Of a DNA stretch of 64,000 nucleotides, positions 36,467 through 47,999 are shown in pieces. Each line of letters starts with the position of its first letter. The first letter of the stretch is position 1. Both the position numbers and the translations under genes were made by a program. The notes beneath the pieces are model-generated. The model ran no database searches and had not been told where the DNA came from. It saw only the letters and a program-made list of their open reading frames with translations. The stretch is from Lama glama (taxonomy: Eukaryota). The DNA lies in contig CM052820.1 in the NCBI GenBank assembly GCA_028534125.1, positions 29,946,001-30,010,000 of the forward strand, in the 5' to 3' direction.

Positions 36467-36745
36467 GGAAGATTTTGGCTTTTACTTTGAGCCACTGAGA
36501 GTTAATATGACCTGGCTTAGGTTTTAGTAGGATTACTCTGGCTGCTGGATTAAGGCCAAGAAGTTGAGGTGGCAAAGGCAGAAGCAGGGAAACCAATTAG
36601 AAGGTATTTTGATAATCCAAGTAAGAGAAGGTGGTGGCTCCAACCAAGTGTTAGTGGCAGAGGTGGTGAGAATATCAGATTTTAAATATCCCTGGGGAAG
36701 TAGAGCCAATAGGATTTGCTGGTGGTTTGGATGTGGGGTTTCAGT
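36463..36745 (-). mobile_element. L2 continuation
   Basis: GATTTTGGCTTTTACTTTGAG...GCAGAAGCAGGGAAACCAATTAGAAGG...GTAGAGCCAATAGGATTTGCTG. Confidence 0.85.
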
Positions 36746-37531
36746 GGGGAGACTTCCATTATGTTGTCAAGCACCACTGGTATCAACACTGGCATTGCTG
36801 CATTGCATCTTCTGCTTACAGACCTCAATTAACTGATTGACCCAGTTTGAATTGAGAACATTCCAGCACCACCAGTCCCCACCCCCACACACCCCTAATC
36901 CTAATTGTTAGGATTGATGGTCTCTCCATCCCTATGGCCTCCAATGACTTGTCAACACTTTTGCCACACCCAACCCAGGGTCTATCCTATAACCCTCCAT
37001 TTCTACCTCATCCTGTCTGCACTTAGGTTCCCATAAGAATGGAGAATATGGGATTTGAAGGGAAAAAAGGCTTTATCTAGATGAAAATGGGTCCAAGTGG
37101 GGAGAGCAATTCCAAGCCAGGATAACTGGTAAGGGAAAGCACTGAGAGGATCAGAACAGCAAAGCCAGACATTAAAAACTGGCACCTTTCTAGATCTCTA
37201 CCTGACATCTGTTTCCAGATTTCAAGGCATTCTGGGTCAATATGAGATGTATGCAGTTGCCATCTGAGAGCAAGAATAGACAAAATATCTAAAGAGAGTG
37301 GCTCTTGCAAATTGTTAGTTATGATTGTTTAATCAACAAAGAGAGGAAGAAGGGGGAGAGAAAAGAAGAAAATACAAAACAAACAAGTAAAAAAGGTTAG
37401 TTCTTTCCCATTAGCTATTTCATAGAAACCAGCAATGGGTTACTGCCACATTCTGCACTATCTATTTACCTAACTATTAAGAAGAATCCAAGTCATCAAC
37501 CCCCTGTATATTATCTTATGATTTAAATCAG

Positions 37532-38772
37532 GCCTTTTTCATACTCTTTTTCATCGTAAGTTATTACAAGATATTGAATATAGTTTGCTGTGCTATATCA
37601 TATGAGCTTGTTGTTTATCTATTTTATATATATTAGTTACTATTTCCAAATCTCAAACTCCCAATTTATCCCTTCCCACCCCATTCCACCCCATTCCCAC
37701 CCCCAGAAATCATAAGTTTGTTTTCTATGTCTGTTGAGTCTGTTTCTGTTTTATGAATAAGTCGTTTGTCTGTTTTTTTTNNNNNNNNNNNNNNNNNNNN
37801 NNNNNNNNNNNNNNNNNNNNNNNNNNNNNNNNNNNNNNNNNNNNNNNNNNNNNNNNNNNNNNNNNNNNNNNNNNNNNNNNNNNNNNNNNNNNNNNNNNNN
37901 NNNNNNNNNNNNNNNNNNNNNNNNNNNNNNNNNNNNNNNNNNNNNNNNNNNNNNNNNNNNNNNNNNNNNNNNNNNNNNNNNNNNNNNNNNNNNNNNNNNN
38001 NNNNNNNNNNNNNNNNNNNNNNNNNNNNNNNNNNNNNNTTTTTGAATTAAGGTTCCCTNNNNNNNNNNNNNNNNNNNNNNNNNNNNNNNNNNNNNNNNNN
38101 NNNNNNNNNNNNNNNNNNNNNNNNNNNNNNNNNNNNNNNNNNNNNNNNNNNNNNNNNNNNNNNNNNNNNNNNNNNNNNNNNNNNNNNNNNNNNNNNNNNN
38201 NNNNNNNNNNNNNNNNNNNNNNNNNNNNNNNNNNNNNNNNNNNNNNNNNNNNNNNNNNNNNNNNNNNNNNNNNNNNNNNNNNNNNNNNNNNNNNNNNNNN
38301 NNNNNNNNNNNNNNNNNNNNNNNNNNNNNNNNNNNNNNNNNNNNNNNNNNNNNNNNNNNNNNNNNNNNNNNNNNTAGGTCTGCTGCCCATTTTTGGATTG
38401 CGTTGTTTGGTTTTTTCTTATTAAGTTGTATGAGCTGTTTATATATTCTGGAAATTAAGCCCTTGTCAGTCTCATCTTCTGCAAATATTTTCTCCCATTC
38501 TGTTGGTTGTCTTTTTATTTGCTTATGGTTTCCTTTGCTATGCAAAAGCTCATAAGTTTAATTAGATCCCATTTGTTTATTTTTGCTTCTACTTCTATTG
38601 CCTAGGTAGACTGCCCTAGGAGAACATTGCTAAGATTTATGTCAGATAATGTTTTGCCTATGTTTTCTTCAAAGAGGTTTATTGTGTCTTATGTTTGCGT
38701 CTTTAAGCCATTTTGAGTTTATTTTTGTGTATGGTGTGAGGGAGTGTTCTAACTTCATTGATTTACATAGGG
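37532..38772 (-). mobile_element. Young lineage-specific (camelid/cetartiodactyl) L1, 5'-truncated, partly in gaps
   Basis: 3'UTR TTATTACAAGATATTGAATATAG...CATAAGTTTGTTTTCTATGTCTG; minus-strand ORF2 peptide [45 protein letters not shown]. Confidence 0.92.
37781..38374. other. Two assembly gaps (37781-38038, 38059-38374)
   Basis: N runs separated by 20 called bases. Confidence 1.
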
Positions 38773-41461
38773 CTTTTTTAAAGCAACAATTAAGAAGAAC
38801 TCTCAAAAAATGAGGCTGAGCTTGCTAAGTCTAACCAAATCATTTTTTGGTATTAAAACGTACATGGCATGAACACTGTGGAACAACTGATGCAATAGAT
38901 CCTGACTGTTTTTCAAATTCCTGATCAGGATTTCCAGACATTCAGAAATGGAGGGGGTGGAGTGGGCGTGGCAGGAGGGAGTGGTGTGTACACATGGTGT
39001 TGTTTTAAAGGACCCAATACTATAATTCTTACATGTGGAAATTTTCCACTGACTTCAGATTTGCTAGTATGAACCACCAAATCCTCAAAGATTGTGCTAG
39101 GGCAATTTGGAGGCATCCTTCCAACCTCCTGGTGGAATAAATTATAAGATGCAATGAAGTAGTTATTTTCTAGGGCTTGTTGTGTTTTTATTCCTCCCAC
39201 AAACAAAATGCAAACTATCACAAATTAAATAGATTCCTCAAGGTCAGAAGGAGGCTTCTCATGCTGTTTTTCTACACTCAGCAGTGTGTCGCAACAGATG
39301 TTAAAGGGCCAGCCCCGAAAGGAGACTATTTTAGCTATAAGAACTGGAAGCAGGGGGCTGAAGGCCTTACCCCAGAGAGATTTTGGTGACATGGTGAAGT
39401 GACATGGTGTGTGCATCAGTCTCAGCTCCTACCTCTTTTTGTGTCTCCTGGAAGATTCTGAGGTCTCTGGGTTAGAGCAAAGTGCCAGTTTCAACAGAAC
39501 ACTAGCTCCTTAGAACCTACCCATTTTTCCCCCCACCTTAATGATTGAAAGAATCTTTCCAGACAGCTACTACGGTGATGGACTTTTTCCACCAGATGCT
39601 ACCCTTCACCTATGTCCCTAATGAGTATCTCTTACCTAGTTTTTCCTGAGGCCAGATTCACTGCGAGGTAGAGGAGGTGGCCCTGCTCATTAACTCTGAA
39701 TCTGTGGAACAGAGACTTGGAACTCAGGACTCTGAAACTGCATGTGGACAACACCTCCAAGCACGGCCCATGTAGGCACTAGCAGCGGCAGGCATGGGGC
39801 CCGTGAAACTCGTAATGTGGCCCTGTCTCCATGTGCCTCCCTGCCCTAGCCTTCATTTGTGAACAAAAGATAGTATCCCTGATGACCAGCCTCCCTCTTA
39901 CTGTATATAATTCGGAGGCCATAGCAGTAGGGTGGCCCAAGGACACCTGAAATAATTCCGGCTAAGGCCCTTCCTCCTTCATTTTTGCCGCCACCTGTCC
40001 AGCTCTGTTCCTGACCCTCACTTTACACTGCTGAACAGAAACACAGGGTGTTTTTTGTAGGATCTGCCCCTGCCTAAGGCCACTGCCTCAGAGTTCTAGA
40101 TATCTGTGCCAAGAGAAACTATGCATGACAGATAACCGACTTCAGACCTAAAATCTGGTTAATGTGGCCAGAGGAACTAATAGGCTCCATATTGTCTTAC
40201 TACCTCTGGCTGGAAATGATAACTGAAGGCAGAATTACAAGCTTCAGTGAGCAGATTAATGAGAAAACTTTGAATGCTTGGGAGACAATCAATACGGTAG
40301 TTTGAATAGAAAAATCTTTCAGTTAGAAATTAACATCTTGATAAATGTTTAAGAAAATAATTATTGAATATTTACATACCAGTTACCATAATTAAAGCAG
40401 CATCAACCCATTGTCTGTATTTTATCTCAAAGTTTCTGCCTAAGCCTGTTTCTTACTGCAAAGAGATTTCTTGCCATATTAAAAAGTTTGTTTTAACTGT
40501 TCTAAGGACCGTAACCTTATAGCCTTGAAATTATAAATGTTCGCTATGGGAAACTACATGTTTGTTGCAGAAACGTGTTATCGAATATTGTGATTTGTAG
40601 TAGAAAATAGTGTGTGTTTACTCATTCTAATCTATGTTGGTCCTAGGAGGTGGAAATAACCCACCAATCTTGTGATAACTAATTCAGTATTAGTTCTCTG
40701 CTCTAGATCTAATCTACTCAACCACTATAAGAGGGCTTGCTGTATCTCTTGAAATTAAGACATAGCCAAAGGCATATCTGTTCATAAAGATTTGTTTTAC
40801 AAGTATAATTAAAGTGTTGATAACAGTTTATCTTTTAAACACAATGAGGACAAGATCTGCCACATTAGTAACAGGATTCTAGGGATTCTACTGTCTTTAG
40901 TTCAGAAAAACTATGTCCTCTACATTTAGTTTTTAAATAAACACGTTGGTAAGTTGATAAATGAAAAGAAAATCACTCAAAGGATAATTCTCGTGACAAA
41001 CTGATTAAGATGAGGATATGGGCATGTGAGACTGTGCACCAAAACACCTAGCACAGAGGGTGGCCCATGGGGGCGGACTGATAAATGCAGGCTGACTCTG
41101 ACTTGCAGCAATTGAGGTTCCTCCATGCGGAAGTTAGTCTATTGCTAGAGACAGAGGGAACAGACGTGCCCTCTGGGATGTTATCTAACCCCACCCCCGT
41201 CCTCAGACCTCCCTTCGATCCTCCAGAGGAAGCTATGGCAAGTAGGCCAACCACGTGACCCAGGGAGAGGAGAGGTGCGCTGTCTCTTCTCCAGGTCGCA
41301 CCACCGCTCTGTGCTTGCTCCTTCAGGAGCCTTTCCCAGGCCCCGCCGCCCTGAGCCTGGTTTACGATGCTTCTGCTGCCCCTGTTAATGCCTTCCTCTT
41401 CTCAAGACAGAGGTAATCAGTCCACAAGCATGCCCCACACCCCTGAATTTCAGTATCTATC

Positions 41462-41838
41462 TTGTAGACCCACAGATGTGCACCCAGCTTCTCCCTCGGG
41501 GGAGGGCTTGATGGGAGAAGTGCCAGCAGCAGTCATGCCCCGGCTGTCAGCTATTTCAGGGTTGCCTCGGCTGCAGAGGCCCTCCTCTCCAAGGTCATAC
41601 TCTTTCCCGACATCCCACAACCCTTGGCTGAGACAGGCGCCCACCAGAGCATGACTCCATCGGGATATTCGCTCCAGCACACCTGGAAAGACTGGCCCAG
41701 GCCTTCGTGGGCCTGTATCACAGCTTCTTCTGCTGCCCACGCCGTCTGCAGCTCCTCCCCTTCACAGAGCTGAACCCAAGGAGCACATTGCTCCAGAAAC
41801 TCCAGCTCAGCATGTTCCTAGAGAGACCAGCGTGGGAC
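41462..41838 (+). mobile_element. ERVL LTR16A-like solo LTR
   Basis: TGTAGACCCACAGATGTGCACCCAG...GCTGTCAGC...CAGGGTTGCCTCGGCTGCAGAG...CCAAGGTCA...AAACTCCAGCTCAGCATGTTCCTAGAG. Confidence 0.75.
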
Positions 41839-42103
41839 AGCTGTTAAGTATTTCAGTCTCTTCAGGAGGTTACTGCCAACCTGATTACTACAATGCATAA
41901 ATTCAGGTGAAGAGAGGGGAAAGTCTGGAAGTTCATCAGACTCCATCAGTGGTCCTAAATATTTTAGCCTTTAGAAATAGAACTATTTCTTTAAATAAAC
42001 TTTTTGTGAAACTGTAAAGCAGAATCAAATGGGGCGTCTCAGCTGAAAATTCTGTGGCTGGCCACAGAGTCCTAGAGAGATGAAAATCAATGGGCTGAAT
42101 AGA

Positions 42104-42250
42104 TCATGGGTTCTCAACCCGCATCAAGGATCCGAATCCACTGGGGGCATTTGAAACATACAAATGTCAGGCCCTCACCCCTGAGATTCAGCTTTAACAC
42201 TGTAGAAGTCCTTCAGGTGAATTTAAGAGACTACTTGAGCTGAGAACTCG
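42104..42250. mobile_element. MER5-class hAT-Charlie fragment
   Basis: GGTTCTCAACC...AAACATACAAATGTCAGGCCCTCACCCCTGAGATTC...TGAGAAC. Confidence 0.6.
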
Positions 42251-43479
42251 GTCTTCAGGTCTTTCGTGAATAAAACAAGATGGCCCTTTCTGCAGTACAA
42301 ACATTTAAAACAGGGCCTCCACCATCCAAGGCTAAAGAGCCAATTTTAGCCTTTACATAAATACGGGGATTCATTTTTCAATTACTTATTAATATCACTG
42401 GCTATATTTTCTTCTAAAAATCAAACAAAAGAAATGACAGATAAGTTAAAGTACTTTCTGACCTCCCTCCACCCCAGTATTAAAGGGTTTCTCCTAATGC
42501 TCCTAGATTCCATTTTTCTTATGTTGCCAAACCTCCTAGAACAACTAGGACCCACAGGTCCCAAAGTTCCCCCAAAGAGAGGAGGCCATCTAACTGTGGG
42601 GAGATCCCTTACCGCTCTTACCTGGCCTTCCCAGGGGCCAAATCCACAGGAAGCTCCGGTAGAACTCTTTGCTTTGTTGTTATCCAAACCCCGATTTAAG
42701 GAGTCAAATTGCATTGGTTCTCTCCTACCCCCTGAAGCTGGAGACAGACGCACAGAGAGCCTTTCCCAGTTGGCTGTCCTGACTTTCCCCTTCTTTATGG
42801 GAAGTTTTCACTTTCTGTAACTTGTCAATAGAGGAAACAGGATTTAGGCAGTTCTCAAATATATGCTGGCCTCGTATTTATTCCGCCTAGCCCCCAAACT
42901 GCCTAAAAATTGGTACGACTGGATTTCCTCTAGTTATTTATAAAAGAGCACCCATTTTATACAATTTGATTGGTTCTCTTTATAGACATATTTTTGAATA
43001 CTTGATATTGAATGGGTTTTTTGGTTAAAATTGACAGCTAGTGTTAAAGTAGTATGTATTATGTTTGAGATTATTCATAATCAACTGGTACTCAATGATC
43101 CTTCAATTTCTGACCAACTTATAATTTCAGCTCTATTTAGGGCTAGAAGAAGAGGAGCTTCCTGATCACCCCTTTTGCTAAGACTCCCTCTCTTAGGAAA
43201 CTTGGATATACCCAGTGATATCTCCAGTTTGATCACAACAGTGATGGCAACAGGATTTTGAGAATAGAGTCAAGTAAAGACACTTTGATTCTAAAAAGCC
43301 AGCATATGATGAACACCTAACATCCTCCCTAGATATATATATGCACTTATGTGTATGTTCATAAAGAATATGTGGTATTATTTTGTGGGTACTATGTAAA
43401 AGGCTAAAATATATATATGTATACACACATAAATTTTCCAATAATTTGTACCCAACAACATATAAATATCTGATTTATT

Positions 43480-44290
43480 TTTTAAATAAATATTTATTCA
43501 AAATAATACACAGTAAGAGAAGGGCACATATCATAAGCATACAGCTCAAAGAATTTCTGCAAGGTGCACATTCCTCCAGTAGCCAGCACCAAAATCAAGA
43601 AACAACATTAACACACCGAAGACTCCTGCCTCCTGTCCTCTCCCTGTTTCCGGCCCTCAAACTCTAGCCTAACTTGTATTGTTGTGTATTAATTTTGCTG
43701 CTTGTGTACTTTATGTCAATGGAATTACAGAGAGTACATTCTTTTGTGTCTACTTTCTTCCTTTCAACTTTATCCTTGTAAGATCCATTCATATTTTGTA
43801 TGGCGGCAATTGTTCATTCATTTTCATTGACTGACTATAACACAAATTATTTACTCATTCTACTACCAAAGGACATTTGTTTGAAGGAGGTGCTATTATG
43901 AATACATTTTCCATGCACAATCTTGTATGTATGTATGTATGTATATATGTATGTATGTATGTATGTGTATGTATATGTATTTCGGTACATATACTCAGCC
44001 TGGTAGATACTGTCAAACACCTTTCCAAAATGAGTGCACCAGTGTATGTTCAGAAGTATATGAAAGTTCCAGTTGTTTCACATCCTCATCAACATTTGTC
44101 TTTTTTTCGTTGTTGTCAGTTTTTTTTTTTAAATTCTAACCATTCTGGTAGATAACTAGGGGTGTCTCATTATGGTTTTAATATATATTTTCCTTGAATA
44201 TTAATAAGATTGAGTACTTTTTAGTAAGTTTATTGGACACTTGGATATCCTCTTCTATAAAGATCCTGTTCAAGTCTTTTGCCTATTTTA
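43480..44290 (-). mobile_element. Old L1M (L1MD/ME-like) 3' segment
   Basis: AATACACAGTAAGAGAAGGGCACATATCATAAGCATACAGCTCAAAGAATTT...TTGGACACTTGGATATCCTCTTCTATAAAGATCCTGTTCAAGTCTTTTGCC; contains (TATG)n at 43925-43980. Confidence 0.85.
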
Positions 44291-44294
44291 AAGC

Positions 44295-44780
44295 TTCAGT
44301 TAACTGAGATAATGTGTATTGGCATAAGGATGGACAAATAGATCAGAAGGAAAGAATAGAACTTCCACACACATATAATCACTTGATTTGTGATAAAGCT
44401 GGAAGTGATGAACAGTGGGGAAAAAATGTGTTTACAGTAAATCATGTTGGGTCAAAAGGATACTCATATGGAAGAAAAATACATTTTAATCCCTACCTCA
44501 CACCATAATCAAAAATAAATTCTAGATAGACTGTAGATTTCAATGTGAGAAGTAAAGCAATAAATTTTTTTAAAGAAAACAAAGAATGGTATCTTAATGA
44601 ACTTGCAGAAGGAAAAGTTTTCACAAACAGGATACAAAAATCACTGACTATAAAGTAAAACAAGTGATAAGTTTCTATTTATCAAAAGGCATCATTAAGA
44701 GAGTGAAAAGGCAAGCCCCAAAAGATATTTACAAGAACTATATTTAACAAAAGACCCATACCCAGAACAGAATAACTGCT
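44295..44780 (+). mobile_element. L1 ORF2 segment, inverted relative to the adjacent segment
   Basis: YWHKDGQIDQKERIE...HLICDKA...QWGK...PYLTP is ORF2 C-terminal; ends just upstream, in L1 coordinates, of where the minus segment begins. Confidence 0.85.
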
Positions 44781-44782
44781 GC

Positions 44783-44990
44783 ATATTATTCCATAGTATG
44801 TATGTGTCACAGTTTATGTTTATCCCCTAGTTATGATGATTTACTGTTTCTAATTGTTCACTATCTAAAACAGTGTGGTAATGAACACATTTGCACATCT
44901 TTGAGTGTCTTCCTAATGAATTTATAGGATGAATCCACTTCCTACCCAGAAGTGGATTTCAGAGTCATGGGATAAAGCAGTTTCAAATCA
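44783..44990 (-). mobile_element. L1ME-like fragment
   Basis: TATTCCATAGTATGTATGTGTCACAGTTTA...TAATGAACAC...CCAGAAGTGGATTTCAGAGTCATGGG. Confidence 0.6.
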
Positions 44991-46049
44991 CAAAGGCCAA
45001 TGGAAAGACATTTTTTTCCAGATGAGTTTTGTCCCATCTTGTAAATTTCACTCTGAAACTAACTGTCTGCACTCTCTTGGCCAGGATCCTGCTCAATTTT
45101 TTCTCCTTTTGAAGACCCTGGCATAGCTTAGCCAGAGTACACAGGCTTGAGGAGAAGAATTAAGAATTCTGATTAGGGGGAAATAAAAGGACATAAGAAA
45201 GTGTTTAAATAAGAGTTCTCTAATATTCTCTGAAAGATTTTCTTCTTGGCTTCTCAGCTTCCTAAAAGAAATTATATTTATGATGTAGGTATTGACTTGA
45301 GCAGTGTATCATGTATGTTGATGATAGTCAAGTATCCTGGAGTCTTTTGAAATAAGGAACTTAGCAAAAACAAACTTCAATTAAATGATTAAGTTTTTTG
45401 GTTACTAAAGAGAGATTGGACATCTCTGCATTTTCAACATTGTTTATTGAAAGTATTTTTCAAATACACGTTAATCTACTTTCCTGCTTCGGTAAATACA
45501 ATGTCCTGACTATGGCTGATTATTTCTTTACAGGAATAAAATTTTAAAATCCTCAGGGTCATAATTCGAACACTAATTTCATCACACTTGGCATTGATAT
45601 AGAAAGCATACCTGGCACATTCTGCCTTATAGTAGACTATAAACTTCTTAAAGGCAAAGACTACATTCAAATTCTGATTCTGTCAGGTATAAGGTTTGTG
45701 TTCTTGTGTGAGAGTATCTGATTGCCAGTGTTCCCATCTGCAAGCAAGAAGAGACTGCCTAAAACACAGGTTGTTGGAAGAATAAAAGTTCCTAGTACAA
45801 AGTGCATGGCACATAGCAGGACTCAGTGAATGCTCCTTTCACTTCTCTGAAATAATTTTTTCCCAAATTGAATTTAAATAAGTGTAGGAAATGAGAATAA
45901 ATTTTTTCTGCTACTAGGGCATAAAGGAAAAAAAATCAAGCCTAATATGATGTTTTTTGCCTTGTGAATTACATCTCATTTGATAGTGAGGTGGCACAGA
46001 GAATTCTAGCGCACTGAGATTTCTAATTGTTTGGTTCCCATTAGTAATC

Positions 46050-46590
46050 GGACAAACCTTCAGGCAGGCAACTTGGCAAAATGTATCACGTTTCTTTTGC
46101 CCCAGCAATTCCACTCTACTAGTTTATCCAAAGGGAATAATTGAGTATGAACAAACAATGAATGAACAAGGAAATTCATCGTTTAAGTTGTTTATAATAT
46201 TAACAATCAGAAACAACCTAAATGCTCATCAATAGGAGACTGGTAAAACACATTTTGGATCATCCATATGGCAAAATATTATGAAGTCTTTAGAAATTAC
46301 AAAATAGCTTCATATTTATAGATTTATAGGATGCCCATAACATATTGTTAAGTGAGTAAAATAAATGACAAAATAGTACATATCAAATACTTTATTCCAT
46401 TTTTGTCAAAAACATGTGCATCTGTAAGAATGCATACATAAAAAAGTCTTGAAAAATATATACCAACATGCTCATATGTTTATCTACAACGGGTAGAATT
46501 ATGGATGATTTTCTCTTTCTTTTTAATACCTTTATGTTTTACCAAATTCTTTTACAATAAGTATGTGTTACTTCTGTAATTAAAAGAATA
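46050..46590 (+). mobile_element. L1ME/L1MC 3' end
   Basis: CCCAGCAATTCCACTC...AGAAACAACCTAAATGCTCATCAATAGGAGACTGG...TGTGTTACTTCTGTAATTAAAA. Confidence 0.8.
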
Positions 46591-46753
46591 CTAAAGCCAG
46601 TTTCATTTTGAAAATTTTAAAAATTAAGTTGCCAAAAAAAAAAAGTCAACTGACAATTTGGTACTAAGAAGTCCCAAAAAATTCATCTCTCTATGGACCT
46701 TATCTCATTCACCCTCAAACAGAAGAGAGGAGTCTCATTATTGCTGTGTGTGA

Positions 46754-46978
46754 CAAGGCTTCTCAACCTCGGCACTACTGACATTCTGGGATGGGTAATC
46801 TCCCTTTGTTGTGGGAGATTGTCAGGTGCCTTGTAAGATGTTTAGCAGCATCACTGGCCTCTACTTCACTGAATACTAGTAGCACACATCACTCCCACCC
46901 CGTGAGGTTATCCAAAAAATGTCTCAAGCTATTGCCAGATGTCACCTAGAGGCTAAATTGCCCTGGTTCAAACCACTG
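46754..46978. mobile_element. MER20 hAT-Charlie element
   Basis: TTCTCAACCTCGGCACTACTGACATT...GATGTTTAGCAGCATCACTGGCCTCTAC...AAAATGTCTC...TTGCCAGATGTC...AACCACTG. Confidence 0.9.
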
Positions 46979-47239
46979 TTGTAAGGAAACTGAAGACCTG
47001 AAATTAAACCTCATGCTTGCCACTTACTAGCTGGATGATTCAACCTCTCTGGGCTTCCATTTTCTCATCAACAGAATGACTACATCATCTTTAAGATATC
47101 TTTGGTCCTAAAATCTAGTTTTATGGGTTTGCAGAAAATCAACTGATCCAAAAGGAAAGTGGTTGGTTCAGAGTTATGCAAAAAGCCAAAAGTACAGACA
47201 GAAATGTAGTGAGGTTTGCTGACTGTAATCATGTACTTA

Positions 47240-47630
47240 CCCATTCATTTGTGTGACAAATATTTATTGAATGTCTACTATATCCCAGGCACTGCTACTG
47301 GCACTGGGAAACAGTAATAGACAAGAGGATGAGATCTTTGCTTTCATGGAGTTTACTTCTATTGAGAAAAGCAAACCATAATCATGCAGTTTAATAAACA
47401 GGAGCATTTTAGATAAATGACATTAAGTAGGTGACATGGTAATGGACGGCTACTGGACTGCTGTTGGGGAAAGCAAGTAACATTAGATAAGGTGGCCTGG
47501 GAAGACCCCCAGAAGAGATGATACTTGGAAGTCCTTATTAGGACAGAGCTAAGCAAAAATCAGTGGTAAGAATGTCCTAGTCAGAGGGAACTGAAGTGCA
47601 AAGTCAGTGAGATGGAGAAGAGTTTAGAAC
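47240..47630 (-). mobile_element. L2 3' fragment
   Basis: ACAAATATTTATTGAATGTCTACTATATCCCAGGCACTG...CTTTCATGGAGTTTAC. Confidence 0.85.
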
Positions 47631-47999
47631 TGTATTAATGACACTTATAGCAATACATACATGATGGAAGATTACAAAGGAAATAATGTCAACTTAAATT
47701 ATTAATAACATGGGAAAAAGGTAAGTGGAAAAGTAATCTCTAATTTTTCCACAGTAGAGTGATTATAATAGAAATTAAATCTAGAAAAAGCCCTGGCATC
47801 ATGGCCTTCTTCAATAATGCAACTGAAAAATTGTATTTGGGGAAATTCTGAAAACAAATGCCCCCAAAAGCTCACTAATACCTTACTACCATCATTTAGC
47901 ACTAGGAAGGGGGTGCCCAGAAGATGTCTACTGAATTACTAAAGCAATAAAGGGGGAATGGGTCCAGGAGATAAAATGATAACTAGATTTAGTTGACAA

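Noticed and set aside
37725-38545. ORFs of 221-264 aa
   Set aside because: Artefacts of N runs; the real residues are L1 ORF2 or 3'UTR.
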